DNA from: Deltaproteobacteria bacterium
GTDB taxonomy: Bacteria; Myxococcota; Myxococcia; Myxococcales; 40CM-4-68-19
NCBI GenBank assembly: GCA_025350525.1
Contig: JANXXR010000364.1
Location: 1 to 37,581, forward strand
Direction of reading: 5' to 3'
DNA: 37,581 bases
Under the pieces are notes generated by a model. It made no database searches. It saw only the letters and a program-made list of their open reading frames with translations, and was not told the origin of the DNA. A program made the translations under genes and the position numbers. Position 1 is the first letter of the stretch. Each line of letters begins with the position of its first letter. This document shows, piece after piece, positions 1 through 8,964 of the stretch.

Positions 1-96
1 GTCCTTCGCCTTCGCCTTGAGGAAGGGACGGATCGCTTCCGGAAGCGACTCGGCAGCCGGCGCCGCGAGAACGAGGGCGAGGAGGAGCGTGATCAT
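1..96 (-). CDS. N-terminal 32 codons of an exported protein of unknown function (partial, continues past window start)
   Basis: ATG at 96..94 shares ATGA with the cytochrome b stop (93..95). It reads MITLLLALVLAAPAAESLPEAIRPFLKAKAKD, a signal-peptide-like start. Too short to name. Confidence 0.3.
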   Translation of the reverse strand, partial: MITLLLALVLAAPAAESLPEAIRPFLKAKAKD

Positions 97-1520
97 GGCG
101 GGTCTCCGGCGCGCTTGGCGGGCGGGACGGCAAGCACGAGGGACGGGATCACCAGCGGCGGGACCACCAGCCCGACCGGCGCGTCGCCGAGCCCGAGACC
201 GCGGAGGGTCAAGAGGACTCCGGCGATGGCGGCGAGGAGCGCGACGGCGCCGGCCGCGAGGTAGGTCATGCCGAAGAGCCCGTGCAGCGCCGCGTGCAGC
301 AGCGCCGCCCCGCTGAGGACGAACCACTTCTGGCGGAGGATGGCGAAGCGCAGCCCGCTCACCACCAGGCCGGCGGCGAGGATCCAGATGGCGCACGCCC
401 GCGCGACGTTGTGGGCGTCGGGCTGGAGGGCGCCACCGCCGCCGATGTCCCAGGCCTTGAGCGTGAGGAAGCCGACGAAGAGGAGCGCGGCCACGCCGAG
501 ATCGGTGAAGGCCGGCGAAGGTTTTCCCTGGCGCGCGCGCCGGTCGAGCCACGGCACCACCGCCCAGCCTCCCAGCAGCACCGAGACGGCCGCCAGCGCC
601 GCCTGCGAGCCCTCCATGCCGAGGAGGTGCGGCGGGAACTCCTTGAGGATCTGGTAGACCCATAGGAAGTACCACTCGGGCTTGATGCCCGGATACGCGG
701 GCGCGAGCGGATTGGCCTTGTGGCCCAGCTCCCACTCGACTCCCGGGATCCGCGGGCCGTACGGCCAGAACACTGCCAGCGAGCCGAGCAGGATCAGGCA
801 GACCAGCCAGAGCAGCACGTCGCGCATGGCGAAGTCGGGGAAGAAGCGCATTCCCCGCTTCCCGGTCGGGTGGAGCGGCGGCGCCATGCCCTGCCGCTGG
901 ATGAGCAACAGGTGCAGGCCCACCACCGCGAAGGTCGCGAGCGGCAGGATGACCACGTGCAGCGAGAAGAAGCGGTAGAGCGTATTGCCGCTGACGTCGG
1001 GGCCGCCGCGAAGCACCTGCATCAGCCACTCGCCGATGCCGGGGACGGCCTTGACCGAGTCGGTGCCGACCGCGGTGGCGAAGAAGGCCAGCTCGTTCCA
1101 GGGCAAGAGGTAGCCCGAGAACCCGAAGCCCAGCGCGATGGCGAAGAGCATGAACCCGCTCACCCAGGTCAGCTCGCGCGGCGGGCGGTAAGCCTTGAGC
1201 ATCAGGGTGCTGAGCATGTGCGCCACCAGCGAGACGATCATGAGGTGCGCGCTCCAGCAATGGATCGAGCGCACCAGCCACCCGAAGGGCACCTTGGTGG
1301 TGATGAAGCGGATGCTCTCGTACGAGGTCTGCTCGCCCACCTGGTAGTAGACGAGCAGGAGCGCGCCCGAGGCGACCTGCATGGAAAAGAAGAAGAGGGT
1401 GAGCCCGCCGAGGTAATACCAGAAGAGCGAGTGCGTCCCGACCGGGACTTCCTTGTGCTTGAGGAAGCCGACCAGCGGCCCGAGCTGGTAGCGCTTGTCG
1501 AGCCAGGCGTAGAGGCTCAT
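93..1520 (-). CDS. cytochrome b of a Rieske/cytochrome b complex (long form with extra C-terminal TM helices)
   Basis: Track ORF 93..1661. I place the start at ATG 1520..1518 (MSLYAWLDKRYQLGPLVGF...), which overlaps the Rieske stop by ATGA. Cytochrome b hallmarks: FWYYLGG, WLVRSIHCWSAHLM, GYLLPW, FFSLHVVILP. Confidence 0.9.
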   Translation of the reverse strand: MSLYAWLDKRYQLGPLVGFLKHKEVPVGTHSLFWYYLGGLTLFFFSMQVASGALLLVYYQVGEQTSYESIRFITTKVPFGWLVRSIHCWSAHLMIVSLVAHMLSTLMLKAYRPPRELTWVSGFMLFAIALGFGFSGYLLPWNELAFFATAVGTDSVKAVPGIGEWLMQVLRGGPDVSGNTLYRFFSLHVVILPLATFAVVGLHLLLIQRQGMAPPLHPTGKRGMRFFPDFAMRDVLLWLVCLILLGSLAVFWPYGPRIPGVEWELGHKANPLAPAYPGIKPEWYFLWVYQILKEFPPHLLGMEGSQAALAAVSVLLGGWAVVPWLDRRARQGKPSPAFTDLGVAALLFVGFLTLKAWDIGGGGALQPDAHNVARACAIWILAAGLVVSGLRFAILRQKWFVLSGAALLHAALHGLFGMTYLAAGAVALLAAIAGVLLTLRGLGLGDAPVGLVVPPLVIPSLVLAVPPAKRAGDPP

Positions 1521-1975
1521 ACACGCTCCTGCTGCGCAGGGGGCGAGACGGTGATGGCGCCGTCGGGTTCGCGCTGCGCCAGCCAGCGCGCCAGCGGCCG
1601 GGGCGGCGGGCCGGAGAGCACCCGACCCTCGAGATCGAAGCGGCCGTTGTGGCAGGCGCACCAGATGAGCGCGTCGCCCGGCACGTATTGCACCGTGCAG
1701 CCTTCATGCGTGCAGCGCGCCTCCAGGGCGCAGAGGCGCTGCTGCGGGTCCTCGAACACCAGCAGGCGCTTGGCGCCGTGGCGCACGATCAGGGTGTGCT
1801 CCTTCTCCAGCCTGGCCTGATCTTCCTTGCTCAACCGCAGCACGCCGGCGCCGTCCTGCGGCGCCATCGGCTTCAGATACCGGAGCACCGGAAAGACGAT
1901 GCTGGTGAAGAAGCCGAGGAGCCCGACCCCGAGGATCACGTCGAGCAGGGAGCGGCGCGTCGGTTGGGGCTGCAT
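1517..1975 (-). CDS. Rieske 2Fe-2S protein
   Basis: 3' part of track ORF 1517..2722, with ATG at 1975..1973 (MQPQPTRRSLLDVILGVGLLGF, one TM helix). Rieske boxes CTHEGC and CACHNG are present. Confidence 0.9.
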   Translation of the reverse strand: MQPQPTRRSLLDVILGVGLLGFFTSIVFPVLRYLKPMAPQDGAGVLRLSKEDQARLEKEHTLIVRHGAKRLLVFEDPQQRLCALEARCTHEGCTVQYVPGDALIWCACHNGRFDLEGRVLSGPPPRPLARWLAQREPDGAITVSPPAQQERV

Positions 1976-1977
1976 GA

Positions 1978-2337
1978 TTACTTGCCCAGTGAACGGACGT
2001 GGGCGACCAGGGCGTCCACCTGCACGGGCTCGAGCTTTTCCTTGTAGCCGTCCATGCCGTCCTTCTTGTCCGGCCGCTTGAAGCCGTCGAGGATGGCCGT
2101 CTTGGCCTCCGCGTCGGTGACCTTCTTCTGCCAGTCGGCGGTGGTCATGTCGGGGATGCCCAGCTTCTCGCCGGTCTCGGTCTTGCCTTTGCCGTCGGCG
2201 CCATGGCAGCTCGCGCACTTGACCTTCCACAGGCGCTCCGTCTTCACGTCGGCCTCCGCCGCCGCCGCGCGGGGGAGCACCGCGGTGAACAGCAACGCTG
2301 CCAGACCTGTGACCGTCATCTTCGGGACCAACTTCAT
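1978..2337 (-). CDS. monoheme class I c-type cytochrome, exported
   Basis: 119-aa ORF with a signal peptide (MKLVPKMTVTGLAALLFTAVLPRAAAA) and a single CASCH motif. It lies 2 nt upstream of the Rieske gene. Confidence 0.85.
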   Translation of the reverse strand: MKLVPKMTVTGLAALLFTAVLPRAAAAEADVKTERLWKVKCASCHGADGKGKTETGEKLGIPDMTTADWQKKVTDAEAKTAILDGFKRPDKKDGMDGYKEKLEPVQVDALVAHVRSLGK

Positions 2338-2382
2338 TTGAGGCTCCTTTGGCTTGCGGCAGATGCCGCGAAGGCGCTACTG

Positions 2383-2808
2383 CTAACGGGCGACGAGCAC
2401 GGGCCTGGGGCTGATCTGCAGCAGTCGATCGACGACGCTGCCCAGGAGCACGCGCGCCACTGCGTTGCGGCCGCGGTGGCCCACCACCACCATGTCCACC
2501 TCGGCCCTTTGCGCCAGCTCGGAGAGGGCGGGCGCAGCGGCCCCGTCGAGCACGATCGTCTCGACGGAGAGGCCGGGTCCGATGGAGGAGGCGATCTCCT
2601 TCACCGTCGCCTTGGCCTGTTCGTGTTCCTGGCGCTGCCACTTCGCCGCTTGCGCCAACAGCTCCGGCGCGGTCTGCATCGGAACCACCGGCGACACGGC
2701 GCAGGCGATGATCAACTGGCACCCAGTGGCGCGGGCGATCTCCTCCGCCAGCTTCACCGCGTCGCGCGCTTCGTTCGAACCATCCACTCCAACCAGGATC
2801 CGCTTCAT
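2383..2808 (-). CDS. universal stress protein (UspA family)
   Basis: MKRILVGVDGSNEARDAVKLA...MVVVGHRGRNAVARVLLGSVVDRLL is the typical Usp fold signature. ATG 2808..2806 overlaps the hypB stop (ATGA). Confidence 0.85.
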   Translation of the reverse strand: MKRILVGVDGSNEARDAVKLAEEIARATGCQLIIACAVSPVVPMQTAPELLAQAAKWQRQEHEQAKATVKEIASSIGPGLSVETIVLDGAAAPALSELAQRAEVDMVVVGHRGRNAVARVLLGSVVDRLLQISPRPVLVAR

Positions 2809-3569
2809 CGTGTTTCTCCTCTCAGAATCGCCGCCGGCCGGGAAACGAACTGGCGGGGCTCCACCGAGCGTGAGGCGGCGCGCAGGGCGGCCAGCCACGA
2901 GAGCCACTCCGCCATGCCTTCCATGGTGCGCGCCGAGATGGGCAGGATGCGGGGCGCCGGGTTGACCCGCGCGAGGGCTTCCGCAAAAGCCTCGATGCGC
3001 ACTTCGGGCAGCGCCGGCAGCAGGTCGATCTTGGTGAGCAGCACCAGGTCGGCGGCGCGGAACATGGCCGGGTACTTGAGCGGCTTGTCCTCGCCCTCGG
3101 TGACGGAGAGCGCGACCACGTTGGCTGCCTGGCCCAGGTCGTAGATGGCGGGGCAGACGAGGTTGCCGACGTTCTCGATGAAGAAGACGTCGACCCCCTC
3201 GAGCGGAAAGTCGTGGAGCGCGTCGTGCACCAGCCGCGCGTCGAGGTGGCAGGCGGTGCCGGTGGTGATGGTCAGGGCGGGAATGCCGGCCTTGCGCAGG
3301 CGCTCGCCATCGTGGTCGGTGGCGAGGTCGCCGCTCACCGCGCCGATCCGCAGGCGGGGGCCGGCGGTGCGGGCGGTGGCTTCGAGCAGCGCCGTCTTGC
3401 CGGAGCCCGGCGAGCCCATGAGATTCAGCGCCAGCACCCCCTGCTTGAAGAAGTGCTCGCGGTTGTGCTGCGCCACCCGGTCGTTGTTGCCGAGGATGCG
3501 TTTCTGCACCTCGATGGGCACGACTTCCGGATCGCCGCAGCCGCAGTCCTCGCACATACACAGCTCCAT
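2805..3569 (-). CDS. hypB: hydrogenase nickel-incorporation GTPase HypB
   Basis: MELCMCEDCGCG N-terminal Cys cluster, P-loop GSPGSGKT, and ENVGNLVCP. The start at 3569..3567 shares one base with the hypA stop (TGATG). Confidence 0.9.
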   Translation of the reverse strand: MELCMCEDCGCGDPEVVPIEVQKRILGNNDRVAQHNREHFFKQGVLALNLMGSPGSGKTALLEATARTAGPRLRIGAVSGDLATDHDGERLRKAGIPALTITTGTACHLDARLVHDALHDFPLEGVDVFFIENVGNLVCPAIYDLGQAANVVALSVTEGEDKPLKYPAMFRAADLVLLTKIDLLPALPEVRIEAFAEALARVNPAPRILPISARTMEGMAEWLSWLAALRAASRSVEPRQFVSRPAAILRGETR

Positions 3570-3910
3570 CAGTTGACTTCCAGGTCGATGCTCTCGAGCA
3601 CTAGCTCGTCTCCTTGCACGAGCCGCGCCGGACCGCCGCATCCGCTGCACTGCAGCGGCGCCCCGCGCAGAATCTCCAGCGCGCAGCGCGGGCAGGACCA
3701 CTGCGCCGGGATCCTGCGCAAATTGAGGTCGGCGCCCGCGCAAATGGTGCGCTCGCGGAAGGTCTCGAAGGCGGTGGAGAGCAGCGACGGCTCAACGCCC
3801 GCCAGCTCGCCCAGCCCCACGCGCAGCGCGTGCACCTTGGTCGCGCCGCGCTCCGCGGCCTCCGCTTCAACCAGGGCGATGAGCGCCTGCACGATGGAGT
3901 ACTCGTGCAT
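3569..3910 (-). CDS. hypA: hydrogenase nickel-insertion protein HypA
   Basis: 113 aa with the MHEYSI N-terminus and CPRC...CSGC zinc site. Confidence 0.9.
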   Translation of the reverse strand: MHEYSIVQALIALVEAEAAERGATKVHALRVGLGELAGVEPSLLSTAFETFRERTICAGADLNLRRIPAQWSCPRCALEILRGAPLQCSGCGGPARLVQGDELVLESIDLEVN

Positions 3911-3949
3911 CTCAGGCGGCCCGCGCGTGCTGTTCCATGACTCTTCCCT

Positions 3950-4981
3950 TCAGCAGATGCGCGGCTGCGGGTCGCCTTCCGGCTCCGCCAGCAGGCGCTT
4001 TCCAAAGCCGGTGTCGAGCACGACGCGCCCGGGGTTCTCCAAGACGCAGGTCCCCACGATGGCCGCGTTCCGCCCGAGCGGATGCGCCCGCAGTGCCGCG
4101 AGCACGCGCCCGGCAGCTTCCGGCCGCACGCCGAGGACCGCCTTGCCTTCGTTGGCGACCTGCAGCGGGTCGATCCCCAAGAGCTCGGCGGCTGCACGCA
4201 CCTCCTGCCGCAGCGGCACCGCCTTCTCCTCGAGGAGGACGCCCACGCCGCTCTTCTCCGCCATCTCGTGCAGCGCGCTGGAGAGGCCGCCGCGGGTGGG
4301 GTCCTTCATCGCCGTGATGTCGCCGGCCGCGAGCGCCGCGCGGATCAGGCCGTTGAGCGGCGCGACGTCGGAGCGCAACTCGCCGTCGAGCTCGAGCCCG
4401 TTGCGCGCCACCAGCACCGAGAAGCCGTGGTCGCCGATGGTCCCGGTGACGAGGATGCGGTCGCCCGCGCGCAGGCCGTTGTCGCGGACCACCTTCCGGG
4501 TCAGCGCCACGCCGGCGGTGTTGAGGATGAGCCCGTCAAGCTGGCCCTTGCCCATCACCTTGGTGTCGCCGGTGACGACGGTCGCGCCCGCTTCGCGGCA
4601 GGCCTCGCGCATCGAGGCGTGGACCCGCGCCAGGTCGGCGCGCGCGAAGCCCTCCTCGACCACCACCGCGCAGGTGAGGCCCAGCACTTCGGTGGCGCCC
4701 ATCATCGCCAGGTCGTTGACGGTGCCGCACACCGCCAGCCTGCCGATGTCGCCGCCGGGAAAGAAGAGCGGCGAGACCACGTGCGAGTCGGTGGTGAGCA
4801 CGAGGAAGCGCCCGTCGCCGAGGGGAAGCGCGGCGCCGTCGTCCATGGCCGAGAGGCCCACGCTGCCGGGCGGGTCCTCCACGCCCTTGACGAAGAGCTG
4901 CTCGATGAGCGCGCGCATGGCCGGCCCGCCCGCGCCGTGCTTGAGGGTGATGCGATCTCCGCCGGCGGCGCGGGTGGTCAT
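3950..4981 (-). CDS. hypE: hydrogenase maturation protein HypE
   Basis: 3' part of track ORF 3950..5314, with ATG 4981..4979 (MTTRAAGGDRITLKHGAGG). AIR-synthase-like body and the characteristic C-terminal PRIC. Overlaps the hypD stop. Confidence 0.9.
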   Translation of the reverse strand: MTTRAAGGDRITLKHGAGGPAMRALIEQLFVKGVEDPPGSVGLSAMDDGAALPLGDGRFLVLTTDSHVVSPLFFPGGDIGRLAVCGTVNDLAMMGATEVLGLTCAVVVEEGFARADLARVHASMREACREAGATVVTGDTKVMGKGQLDGLILNTAGVALTRKVVRDNGLRAGDRILVTGTIGDHGFSVLVARNGLELDGELRSDVAPLNGLIRAALAAGDITAMKDPTRGGLSSALHEMAEKSGVGVLLEEKAVPLRQEVRAAAELLGIDPLQVANEGKAVLGVRPEAAGRVLAALRAHPLGRNAAIVGTCVLENPGRVVLDTGFGKRLLAEPEGDPQPRIC

Positions 4982-6099
4982 GGTGCCGTCCTCCACTGTG
5001 GCGCGCCGCCGTACTGGTGCCAGATGCGGCAGGTGCCCTCGGCCGAAACCATGCAGGCGCCCACCGGCGTGTCGGGCACGCACTCCTTGCCGAAGAGCCG
5101 GCAGCTGGCGGGAGAGGCGATGCCGGACATGATCTTGCCGCAGATGCAGTGCTCGGAGAGCGCGTCGGGCGCGCAGTCCCGAAGACGCTCGAGGTCGATG
5201 CGGAAGCGGCGCCGCGCGTCGAGGTGCGCGAACTCCGGGCGCAGGCGCAGGTTGCCGTCGGGCACGTCGGCGATGCCGCGCCAGTGCCCGCCCTCCACCT
5301 GGAACACTTTCCACAGCTGCTCCTGCGCGGGCAGGTTTCCCTCGCGCGTGACGCAGCGCGGGTAGAGGTTCTCGACCGCGGGAGTCCGGTCGGCGGCCAG
5401 CTCGGCGAGCCGCACCAGCGCGGCGAGGATGTCGAGCGGCTCGAAGCCGGCCACCACCACCGGCAGGCGGTGCCGCGCGACGAAGCCCTCGAAGATTCCC
5501 CAGCCGGTGATCGAGGCCGCATGCCCGGCGGCGAGAAAGCCCTCGATGCGGGTCTCGGGCACGGTGGCGACGATCTCCATCGCCGGCGGGATGTACTTGT
5601 GCGCGGAGAGGACCGAGAAGTTCTTCGGCGGCCCGCGCAGGATCTCGGCGGCGGTGGCGACGGCGGTGGTCTCGAAGCCGCTGGCGAAGAAGACGATCTC
5701 CTCGGTGGTCGCCCGCGCCAGCCGCACCGCTTCGGAGACGCCGTAGACCACTTCCACCTTGCCGCCCTCGGCGCGGGCGTCGGCGAGCGAGCGCGAAGTG
5801 CCGGGGACCCGGAGCATGTCGCCGTAGGTCGCGACGCGAACGCCCTGCAGCGCCAGCGCGACTGCCTCGTCCACCTCGGGCAGATCGGTGACGCAGACCG
5901 GGCAGCCGGGGCCCATGATCACGTCCAGCTCGCGGGGAAAGGCCGAGCGCAGCCCATAACGCGCGATGGCCTGCTCGTGGCTTCCGCAGACGTGCATCAG
6001 CGCCATCCGCCGGCCGGCGCGATCGACCGCGCGCTGCAGCGCCGCCGCCAGGGCCTTGGCCCGCTGCGGATCGCGGAACTGGATCTGCGGCGCGCTCAT
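4978..6099 (-). CDS. hypD: hydrogenase maturation protein HypD
   Basis: The last 373 codons of the 1287-aa track ORF are HypD-like: HVCGSHEQAI, GPGCPVCV, FETT. ATG 6099..6097 overlaps the hypF stop. Confidence 0.9.
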   Translation of the reverse strand: MSAPQIQFRDPQRAKALAAALQRAVDRAGRRMALMHVCGSHEQAIARYGLRSAFPRELDVIMGPGCPVCVTDLPEVDEAVALALQGVRVATYGDMLRVPGTSRSLADARAEGGKVEVVYGVSEAVRLARATTEEIVFFASGFETTAVATAAEILRGPPKNFSVLSAHKYIPPAMEIVATVPETRIEGFLAAGHAASITGWGIFEGFVARHRLPVVVAGFEPLDILAALVRLAELAADRTPAVENLYPRCVTREGNLPAQEQLWKVFQVEGGHWRGIADVPDGNLRLRPEFAHLDARRRFRIDLERLRDCAPDALSEHCICGKIMSGIASPASCRLFGKECVPDTPVGACMVSAEGTCRIWHQYGGAPQWRTAP

Positions 6100-8423
6100 C
6101 GCAGCACCGCGTCGGCGATCACGGCCTGGCCCAGCGCGAGGCCGCCATCGCCGGGCGGCACCTCGCCGTGCAGGAAGACGTCGAACTGCGGGGAAAGATC
6201 GGCCCGCGTGCTCTCGGCCAGCCGCGCGTTCTGGAAGCATCCGCCGGTCAGCACCACCGGGAGCCGCCCGTGGCGGGCCGCTGCCGCGCGCACCAGCGCC
6301 GCCGTCGCGGTCGCGAGCGTCTGGTGGAAGGCGGCGGAGATGGCGGCGAGGGGCCTCTGCGCGCGCAGGTCGTGGACGATGGCGCGGATCATCGGCCGCA
6401 GGTCGAGGACCCACGGCGTCGCGGAGCGGTCGATGTCGAAGAGGTAGCGTGAGAGGTCGAGCCGCGGCCAGCCGGCGGCGTGGTTCCATTCCGCCGCCAC
6501 CTGGCCCTCGAAGGCGGAGGTGGCGCGGCCCAGGGCGAGCGCCCCGACGCCGTCGAAGAGGCGGCCGACGCCGTGGGCGAACGGGGAGTTCACGCCGCGC
6601 GCGATCATCTGGCGCACGCCCCGCACTTGCTGCGCGGGCAGGTCGGCGAAGAGCGGCAGGCCGTCGAGCGGCGCTTCTGCGCCGAAGGCATCGTCGAGCA
6701 GCGCGAGGGCGATGCGCCACGGCTGGTGGATGGCCTGCTCGCCTCCCGCCAGCGGAATCTGCCGCAGCGTGGCCAGGCGCGCGAAGCCGCTGGCGGTGGC
6801 CAGCAGCACCTCGCCGCCCCAGGAGGTCCCGTCCATTCCGTAGCCGGTGCCGTCGAAGGCGACGCCGATCACCGGACCTGCCAGCCCGTGCTCGGCCATG
6901 GCGCTGACCACGTGGGCGTGGTGGTGCTGCACACCGATCTTGACGGCCCCGGCGTGACCGAGCGCGTACCCCGTCGAGACGTAGGCCGGGTGCAGGTCGT
7001 GCGCGATCACCTCCGGCTTCACGCCCAGGAAGCGGGACATCCGGCCGGCCGCGGCGGCCAGCGACGCGAGGGCGTCCGGGCCGTCGAGGTCGCCGAGGTG
7101 TGGACCGAGCACCGCCTGGTCGCCGACGGCGAGGCAGAAGGTGTTCTTGAGCTGCCCGCCGACCGCCAGCACCGGCCGGCGCACCGGCACCACCAGTCGA
7201 ATGGGCCGCGGCACGTAGCCGCGCGAGCGCCGCAGCAGCAGCGGCTTTCCGTCCACGATGCGGGCCACCGAGTCGTCGCAGCGGGTGGCGATCTCGCGGT
7301 CGTGGAGGAGGAAGAGGTCGGCGATGCCGCGCAGCCGCTCCAGCGCCTCTTCGTCCCGAAAGGCGATCGGCTCCTCGGAGAGGTTTCCCGAAGTCATGAC
7401 CAGCGCTGCCTGCCGGGCTCCGCCCAGCGCCGGGTTCTCGATCGAGCGCAGGAGCAGGTGATGCAGCGGCGAATAGGGGAGCAGCAGGCCGACCAGCGGA
7501 CTGCGCGGAGCGACTTCGTCGGCGAGGGGGGCAAAGGGCCGCCGCCGCGCCAGCACGATGGGCGCCTCGGGCGAGGCGAGGAGCCGCTCCTCCTCGAGCG
7601 AGAGGAAGGCGCAGCGGCGGGCCGCGTCGAGGTCGCGCACCATCACCGCGAAAGGCTTCTCTTCTCGGTGCTTCCGCTCCCGCAGCCTGCCCACCGCGCT
7701 CGCAGAGCCGGCGTCGCAGGCGAGGTGGAAGCCACCGATCCCCTTGACGGCCACGATGCCGCCCTCGAGGAGCGTGCGGACCGCCCGCAAGAGGCCGTCG
7801 GGAAGCTCGCGGCCGGAAGCGTCCAGCGCGCGCAGCCGCGGGCCGCAGCGCGCGCAGGCGGTGGACTCGGCGTGGAAGCGCCGGTCGGCCGGGTCTGCGT
7901 ACTCGCGGGCGCAGGCGCCGCAGAGACGGAACGCGCCCATGGTGGTGGCGGGCCGGTCGTAGGGTTGATCGGTGGCGATGGTGAAGCGCGGGCCGCAGTG
8001 CGCGCAGCTGGTGAAGGGATAGCCGAACCTGCGATCCACCGGATCGCAGACCTCCTTCGTGCACTCGGCGCAGGTGGCCAGGTCGGGGGAAATCGAGAGG
8101 CGCCGCCCGGCGGTTTCGCTGCTGGCCACGATGCGGAAGCTGGTGGCCACCTCCGCCGGGATGGCGCTGGCGGCGAGCGTCTGGATGCGGGCGGGAAGGG
8201 GCGCGCTCAGCAGCGTCTCGCTGAACAGGTGCAGCGCCGCGTCGCTGGCAAAGGCGTCGATGATCACGCCCGAGGCATCGTTGCTGATCCGCCCGGTGAC
8301 GCCGAGCCGCTGCGCCAAGAGGTAGACCCACGGCCGGAAGCCGACGCCTTGCACGGTCCCGCGGATCTCGATGTGCAGTCCTGGCGTGCTGGCCGCCGGC
8401 GAACTTTGCATCGCGCTCTTCAT
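6096..8423 (-). CDS. hypF: carbamoyltransferase HypF
   Basis: Acylphosphatase-like N-terminus (IRGTVQGVGFRPWVY), two CxxC-x18-CxxC zinc fingers, and YrdC and Kae1-like parts. Start taken at ATG 8423..8421 (MKSAMQSS); ATG 8411 is an alternative. Confidence 0.9.
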   Translation of the reverse strand: MKSAMQSSPAASTPGLHIEIRGTVQGVGFRPWVYLLAQRLGVTGRISNDASGVIIDAFASDAALHLFSETLLSAPLPARIQTLAASAIPAEVATSFRIVASSETAGRRLSISPDLATCAECTKEVCDPVDRRFGYPFTSCAHCGPRFTIATDQPYDRPATTMGAFRLCGACAREYADPADRRFHAESTACARCGPRLRALDASGRELPDGLLRAVRTLLEGGIVAVKGIGGFHLACDAGSASAVGRLRERKHREEKPFAVMVRDLDAARRCAFLSLEEERLLASPEAPIVLARRRPFAPLADEVAPRSPLVGLLLPYSPLHHLLLRSIENPALGGARQAALVMTSGNLSEEPIAFRDEEALERLRGIADLFLLHDREIATRCDDSVARIVDGKPLLLRRSRGYVPRPIRLVVPVRRPVLAVGGQLKNTFCLAVGDQAVLGPHLGDLDGPDALASLAAAAGRMSRFLGVKPEVIAHDLHPAYVSTGYALGHAGAVKIGVQHHHAHVVSAMAEHGLAGPVIGVAFDGTGYGMDGTSWGGEVLLATASGFARLATLRQIPLAGGEQAIHQPWRIALALLDDAFGAEAPLDGLPLFADLPAQQVRGVRQMIARGVNSPFAHGVGRLFDGVGALALGRATSAFEGQVAAEWNHAAGWPRLDLSRYLFDIDRSATPWVLDLRPMIRAIVHDLRAQRPLAAISAAFHQTLATATAALVRAAAARHGRLPVVLTGGCFQNARLAESTRADLSPQFDVFLHGEVPPGDGGLALGQAVIADAVLR

Positions 8424-8622
8424 CCGGAGACGAGGTGCAAGGGCTGCACCACCACCGCGCCCGAGGGCGAGGCCTTGCACGGGCCCGTCGCGCGAGCGTT
8501 GCGTGACGAGACGCGCCGTTGCGCAAAAAGAAGCGGTCCGGGTCGAGCGGGCAGCATCCGCGTCCGTCCTGCGCGAGCCGCGGGGCTGCCGGGCATCGTT
8601 CTTGAAAGCGCTGAGGAGGGTG

Positions 8623-8877
8623 ATGACTCCCCTTGCCAGCGATGCACAGCGCCGGCTCGAAGAGCGGCGTGCAGCTATCGAGCGCGCCCTGCCCGAGGCG
8701 CCGACCAGCACCGCCTGGCGCGAGCTCGCGGAGACGGAGGCGGCGCTCGACCGCATCGAGCACGGCACCTACGGCCGCTGCGAGTCCTGCGACGGGGCCA
8801 TCGGGCGGCAGAGACTCCTGGCGCTGCCGGCGATCCGCCATTGCATCGCCTGCTCTCCCTTTGCTTCCAGGGGCTGA
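8623..8877 (+). CDS. DksA/TraR-family C4 zinc-finger protein
   Basis: ATG 8623 is preceded by GAGGAGGG. The 84-aa product ends with CESCDGAIGRQRLLALPAIRHCIAC. Divergent from hypF. Confidence 0.7.
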   Translation: MTPLASDAQRRLEERRAAIERALPEAPTSTAWRELAETEAALDRIEHGTYGRCESCDGAIGRQRLLALPAIRHCIACSPFASRG

Positions 8878-8903
8878 CGCAACTCCTGCGAGGAGCGCCC
8901 GGA

Positions 8904-8922
8904 CTCCGCAACCGTTGCGGAG
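8904..8922. terminator. short hairpin between convergent genes (possible bidirectional terminator)
   Basis: CTCCGCAA-ccg-TTGCGGAG: 8-bp perfect stem with a 3-nt loop, between the DksA-like stop (8877) and the stop of the large lipoprotein gene (8965). No clear U tract. Confidence 0.25.
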
Positions 8923-8964
8923 AGCTCACGACGGGCGTCTCTCGGGCAGAAGGAGGGCGCCGGA

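Noticed and set aside
3213-5132. 639-aa plus-strand ORF, and similar ones at 720..1820, 4082..5365, 5017..6447 and 6480..8987
   Set aside because: They are antisense to well-supported cytochrome b and hyp genes, and their translations are low-complexity (R/A/G/P/S-rich). This is the typical open antisense frame of GC-rich coding DNA.
8434-8526. Short palindromes in the hypF / dksA-like divergent region (GGTGCA-N5-TGCACC at 8434..8450; TTGCGCAA at 8519..8526)
   Set aside because: They may be operator sites, but 6-8-bp GC-rich palindromes are expected by chance in this composition, and I cannot link them to a known regulator from the sequence alone.
4978-8841. 1287-aa minus-strand ORF in the track
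   Set aside because: Only its last 373 codons (4978..6099) are HypD-like. The upstream part is an Arg/Ala/Pro/Gly-rich out-of-frame reading of hypF, which is recognisable in another frame (6096..8423).
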